From Vitrella brassicaformis CCMP3155 (Eukaryota; Protista; Chromerida), in contig CDMY01000272.1 of NCBI GenBank assembly GCA_001179505.1, forward strand, positions 1 to 63,947: 63,947 nt of DNA, read 5' to 3'. Positions 58,918-63,947 of this stretch are shown piece after piece (within the stretch, counting starts at the first letter, position 1; every line of letters begins with the position of its first letter). A program made the translations under genes and the position numbers. Under the pieces are notes generated by a model, which saw nothing but the letters and a program-made list of their open reading frames with translations, was not told where the DNA came from and did not search any database.

Positions 58918-61031
58918 TCATCTCCTGTCTCCGTTTGTGACGCCGCCCTGCAGTGTGGGCGACTGCCTGCCTGCTGTGTATGTGCTGTCGCTTGCACCAC
59001 CGTCAGGCGAGGGCGACAGGTCGAGGAGGGCCTGGTCGTTGGTCGTCATGTAGGACGACAGGATGTCGCTCTTCTCCTCTTCCAAACGACTGCGCAGCTC
59101 ACGCACCGAATACTGGGGAATGAAGATAATGGTCCAGACCGCCCCGATGAGTGACAGTCCGCCCGACACGGCCATGGTGATCCACTGTGGCTCTACAGTG
59201 AGGTAAGCATACATGAAACCTCCGAGCACCGCACCCATCTTTCCTGCAGGAGGAAACACCCAGAAAAACAGAAGACAGAAATGCACCGGGCGCACATGCA
59301 TGGTTTCCCGCTCACTCACCGCTGGCAGCAGAGATGCCATGGAATGTCCCTTTCACCACCGAGGGGAAGAATTCTCCGGGAATGACGTATGTGCTCATTC
59401 CTGGTCCCGCTGCATTGCAGGCCATGGCGAGGGTGAAGAGCGTCACCTTGATCATCGCCGGGGTCCCGTCCACCCCCCACACACCCAGGGCCACCGCCAG
59501 GAGACCGAAGAACACGCCCATACCCGTGAAACCAGCGGTTTGGCAGTTCTTGCGGCCCAGAGTCTCAACCAACACTATCGACAGGGCGTAGCTGCAAGAA
59601 ATGGAAAAGGGAAGGAGATGTCAGGACGGCGCGTGTGCATGATATCATCCTCCGTCAAAGTGTTTTCCAAACCTGGCTCACCCTGGGCTGCTGAAGGCAG
59701 TGATGGCCAGCGTGTTTAGCGCCTCAGCCTGCCAAATGATGGACCACCATCCGTTAGTCTATCGCTCCACCTCACTGCTCGTGCGTTCTGCTCACCTTCG
59801 GGCCAGACCCCAGGTTCAACAAAACCGTGATTTCGCCCATGAAGGTCCCAATGCCGTAGATGACGATGTCGTACACGGCCCAAGCGACCGCCGTGCCAAC
59901 CAGGTGGAAGCGCAACCGCTTCAGATAGCGATAGAAACTTCCCTTCTGCCGCCTAAGAGCCGACGTAGCGCGGAACCTGATGAACATCGATAGACAATGG
60001 TGGTGAGCCGAGTGCGAGGCGAGGCGTGTGTGGGTGCTTTGTACCTGTCAGACTCCATCATGTTCCACCGGACCGTGAATGCTAAGAGGCACGGGAGACA
60101 GCCAATCGCCAGCGACAGCCGCCACGTCAGTCTGGCCGACAGGCCGGCTGACAGCAACGACCAGATGACCAGAGGGGACACGAGGCCGCCCACACCCATC
60201 ATCGAGTAGACAGTGGCGGCTCGACGCCCCGACGTCTCGGGACTGCTGCTCTCCGAACTGATACAGCGACATTCAAGCACCCCCACAGCACAGATCCATC
60301 CATTCAGTGTGAGGACGTCGCCGACACTGCTTGCTTACGTGACGGATGCAGAGAGGGGATACTCGCCACCGATGCCAAAGCCAAGCAGCAGCTGGAAGGC
60401 GCATAGCATGGCGGTCAGACTGCACCACGATGTGTGAACGCTGAGGCTGCTGCCGAGTGCACCAATCATCATACAGATGCACGTCACTATGCAGATCACC
60501 CGCCGACCTGAGAGAATGGACACAACCATAGGTGGCGGCCTCATGACTCGCCTCTCTGCCTCCCTGCCACCCACCTACTTAAGTACCTATTTGATCAGCG
60601 AAGGTGCCAAAGCAGAGTTGTCCCAGCACCGTGCCCACATAAATGACACTCCCCAGCAGGCTCTTCTCATGCACTGTCAGCGGCACTCCTCTCGCCTCGC
60701 CGACCAGGTCCTTGACGAGATTGATCAGCGTGAGGAAGTACAAATCACAGAATATCCCCAGGGCTGAACTGACCATGGCCATTTGGCCGGCCCGCCTCTG
60801 CTTGGCCTCGTCGACTGGCCCTTCTCTTTCGACAACCTCAGCTGCATCGAGATAGACCCGCCGTGTGTCGCTCGCACGGACTTGCGGGGAAGTCATGTCA
60901 GGAGGCATAGAGCGATGCAGCTCGGAGGGCGTGGAGGCTGTCGTATACGCGGAGGAGGCCGCGATAAGCGGCGTGAGTTCTTCTGCTGCTGTCCTGGGGT
61001 AGTCGATGCGCTGTTTGAGCTGCTGAGGCAT
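58918..61031 (-). CDS. MFS inorganic phosphate transporter, PHO84/PHT1-like
   Basis: GIFCDLY, GQLCFGTFADQIGRR, LLGFGIGGEYPLSASVT, ETLGRK, GPGMSTYVIPGEFFP...FHGISAASGKMGAVLG; about 12 TM segments. Confidence 0.9.
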
Positions 61032-61199
61032 GACTTACAGGCAGTCAGGCCGCCGCCAGCATCATCTTTCAAGCGGGAGCTGCTGGTGGTGCCGTTCGGA
61101 GTTAGAGCGGAGACCGAGTTACACGGGCGAGATCTACGAGACATGAATTGCGATGGATGTGGACCCAAGCTTGCGTGTCCATGAGACCTCCGTCGTCAC

Positions 61200-61352
61200 G
61201 GTAGCTGCAGATCTCCCGCTGAGGAGGAGGTCACGTTTGTTGGCTGGTTTCTTCCCAGGTGACGCACTCTGGGCATTTGCTGACCTGACAACCGGCGACG
61301 AGTTGGTCCGCCTCCGCCGCTTGTCGTGAGATGCGATGAATATGGCGCTCTT
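61200..61352. repeat. 153-bp direct duplicate of 63610-63762
   Basis: Identical by eye from GGTAGCTGCAGATCTCCC to GAATATGGCGCTCTT. Confidence 0.95.
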
Positions 61353-61411
61353 ACTACTAAGACTACCCCCCCATGATTGAGTTGGTGATTTCTCGGCTGT
61401 TTCTCCTCCTT

Positions 61412-61711
61412 NNNNNNNNNNNNNNNNNNNNNNNNNNNNNNNNNNNNNNNNNNNNNNNNNNNNNNNNNNNNNNNNNNNNNNNNNNNNNNNNNNNNNNNNN
61501 NNNNNNNNNNNNNNNNNNNNNNNNNNNNNNNNNNNNNNNNNNNNNNNNNNNNNNNNNNNNNNNNNNNNNNNNNNNNNNNNNNNNNNNNNNNNNNNNNNNN
61601 NNNNNNNNNNNNNNNNNNNNNNNNNNNNNNNNNNNNNNNNNNNNNNNNNNNNNNNNNNNNNNNNNNNNNNNNNNNNNNNNNNNNNNNNNNNNNNNNNNNN
61701 NNNNNNNNNNN
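61412..61711. other. Assembly gap (300 N)
   Basis: Run of N. Confidence 0.99.
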
Positions 61712-61923
61712 CTGTCTACATGCTTGTGTATGGCAGTGGACATCGCTTCCATGATGAAAGAGTACTTACGTCTGACCAGTTCGTTCTCATGAATGCGGCG
61801 AGCCACTCAACATCCGCCATCCATTTGTTTGCAATTGCTCCAGCCACCCAGCCACCCACCCAGCCACCCAGCCACCACGCACCACGCACCTTGCCGGCGA
61901 CACCGTCCCGTCTTCATATCCTT

Positions 61924-63517
61924 CTACACCAGCGACACATAGCGCTGGACAAACGCACACAAACCAATGGCATGCAGCAAATGTCTGGCTGCACGCCGAA
62001 TAGCTGTATGGCTCACCACTCCGAATATTTTTTTCTGTCTGGTGTGTCCGCTGGCGTCCTTGGTGACCTCATACAGGTCCTGCGGGCCTTCCTTTGGACC
62101 CACAGGGATCACCATCTTGCCACCTGCATCCACCCCAGGCACCAATCGCAATGGTGAGTGAGACATTTGCAGCACTCTTTGGCGGCACGTACCAGGTTTG
62201 AGCTGGTCGATCAAAGCCTAGCAGGGGCAAGAAACACACGATCCAATACGTGCGAGAAAGGCCGTCATTCTGCATCCGTCCGATGTCTCACTTGTGGTGG
62301 GACGGAGGGAGCGGCGGCTGCCACGTGTATGGCGTCGTAGGGAGCGAAAGGAGGAAAGCCCTTCCGCGCGTCGCCCTCCTCCAGCTGACAAACACCATAG
62401 CAAGACTGTGGCGTTGTCTTCTGCCTGTGTGTGAAGGGTGTATGCCTTGAAGTTGTCGGCTTCCAGCAGCTCAGGCCCCACGTCATTCTTGACATTCTCC
62501 TTGGATGTCTTCACCAGCTCTACAGCGGCCCCGCCAGGTGCCATCCATCAATCCATGAATTGAAGTGCGCTGGCTGTGCCTGTGCTGTGTGGACCTGGTA
62601 TGACATCGATGCCAGCCACCTTGCCTTTGTCCTCGTGCACTTGGTTGTTGTCATCCAAAATCCCCACCAACCGGGCCTGCAGGGCATTCATGCATTCGTC
62701 TAATGAGCTTGATACGACATCAACGCTCATGTGTGTTGCGCAGCATCGCCCACCATGCAGACCGTCAGGTAGCCACTGCCGGAACCTGAACCACTAAGAC
62801 GCTCATCAGCACGTGCACGTGTGCCATTGATTGCCATCCGTCCTTACCGACATCCAGTGCCGAGCTGCCCTCTGTGAGGTGGTCCTTCAGGAGCTCCAGC
62901 GCAGCCGCGTGCATATGAGGGGCAGAGATCGTCTGGCCATGCGCTGCCGGAGACATACAACAGCCACATCCATATGATGGGGCCAGAGGGCCTCTTTGCC
63001 TGTCCGCTTACAAATATCGGTAGGTTCGTTGATGTATTTCTGCTGTTTGACGTATTTCCCCCTGTCGACCTACAGGCAAGGGAAGAAGAAAGAAAGAGAG
63101 CAGCAAACCGGTGCGTACGACTTTCCCATGCAGCCATTGCAGTCTGCCTGTCTACCTTGCGCATCGCTGCGATGATGCGCTCAGACTTGAGTGCGGGCCC
63201 GAAGCCTTGGATGGTATACTGTTGCAGATCACCTATAAGCTTCTCCATCTCGCCGCCCCTGCACAGTGCAAACGCATCGATGAGTCGCGGCCCAGCCACT
63301 GACTGCAGCGGGTGCATGTCGTGTGTGCTCACGTCTCGGGACTGCCCAGCCGTCGGTCAGCCGCCTGCAGAGACGCAAGCAGACTCATCAAGTGAGTGCG
63401 AGATAGTGCGTATGCGTGGCGATGCCTGCGCACCTCTTCTTTCTCGGGCTGTCGATATCGGGCATGTGCGACGTGGAGGAGCAGAAGAGTCAGCAGCACC
63501 GGCGCGAGCACCTTCAT
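61924..63517 (-). CDS. PCMT1: Protein-L-isoaspartate O-methyltransferase with N-terminal signal peptide
   Basis: [27 protein letters not shown]|SGSGYLT, GDARKG...[28 protein letters not shown]. First exon [19 protein letters not shown] splices in phase. Confidence 0.92.
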
Positions 63518-63603
63518 CGCGTTGCGTTCGGTAAGCAGGCTCGTCAGGCAGGGCCTTTTGCAATGCACAGGGCAGCGGGCCGCGCGGATCGCTCTGGGGC
63601 TCG

Positions 63604-63947
63604 CTATTTGGTAGCTGCAGATCTCCCGCTGAGGAGGAGGTCACGTTTGTTGGCTGGTTTCTTCCCAGGTGACGCACTCTGGGCATTTGCTGACCTGACA
63701 ACCGGCGACGAGTTGGTCCGCCTCCGCCGCTTGTCGTGAGATGCGATGAATATGGCGCTCTTTGACTTCATAGTGGAGTTGATCGGAGGGTGGAGCATTC
63801 CCATCTTCTCGGCACTTCTTCTCGTCGGCATCGTCACCGCATGCATCCTCCTCGATAAGTAGCTGCAGCGGCAGGACCGACAGCAAGATCAGCAGCATCA
63901 GCGGACGACCCACCGCATCTCATCCCCAGCAGACCGACAGAGGCGGG
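63604..63947 (-). CDS. Probable terminal exon of a gene continuing beyond the window
   Basis: Acceptor ctgcag followed by open frame YLSRRMHAVTMPTRR...KRRRRTNSSP...SGRSAATK*; no family recognised. Confidence 0.35.

Larger units (their letters stand above)
1..63947. repeat. Pervasive intronic and intergenic microsatellites: (GT/AC)n, (GTCT)n, (GGAT)n, (GAGG)n, (GCCT)n
   Basis: Seen in most introns across the window. Confidence 0.95.

Noticed and set aside
55020-61806. ORFs running through N stretches
   Set aside because: Artefacts of gap translation.
63641-63913. LDLa-like CGDDADEKKC in an alternative frame
   Set aside because: Only two Cys of the motif; the other frame follows a splice acceptor and looks more plausible.
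1-63947. tRNA, rRNA, transposase or reverse-transcriptase genes
   Set aside because: None recognised by eye; tRNAscan-SE and Infernal would be needed to exclude small RNAs.

Overview
Eukaryotic, GC-rich, intron-dense genomic DNA. ApiAP2 and ISP-like genes, a HisRS with a possible bipartite leader, and microsatellite-filled GT-AG introns point to a chromerid alveolate, most like Vitrella brassicaformis (inference). Exons joined by hand give about 21 protein genes. Housekeeping-type genes: organellar HisRS, RPN1, PheRS-beta, NOT3 plus a divergent head-to-head paralog, an Lsm10-like protein, a PHO84-like transporter, PIMT with a signal peptide, a tandem-AP2 factor, a GT32 glycosyltransferase and an ISP-like PH protein. 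Several genes encode secreted or surface proteins with animal-like or bacterial-like domains: a complete zona pellucida (ZP) module protein, an arylsulfotransferase with three C-terminal trefoil domains, a degenerate GPI-anchored TraB/TIKI protein, a ConA-like/PAN/SEA-like adhesin and a claudin-like tetraspan. Other structure: a 1.35 kb inverted gene duplication about 38 kb away, seven compact divergent gene pairs, complementary AC/GT repeats at intron ends, and three 300-N gaps. No rRNA, tRNA, CRISPR array or autonomous transposon was recognised. All domain calls come from motif recognition by eye; no database search was run.
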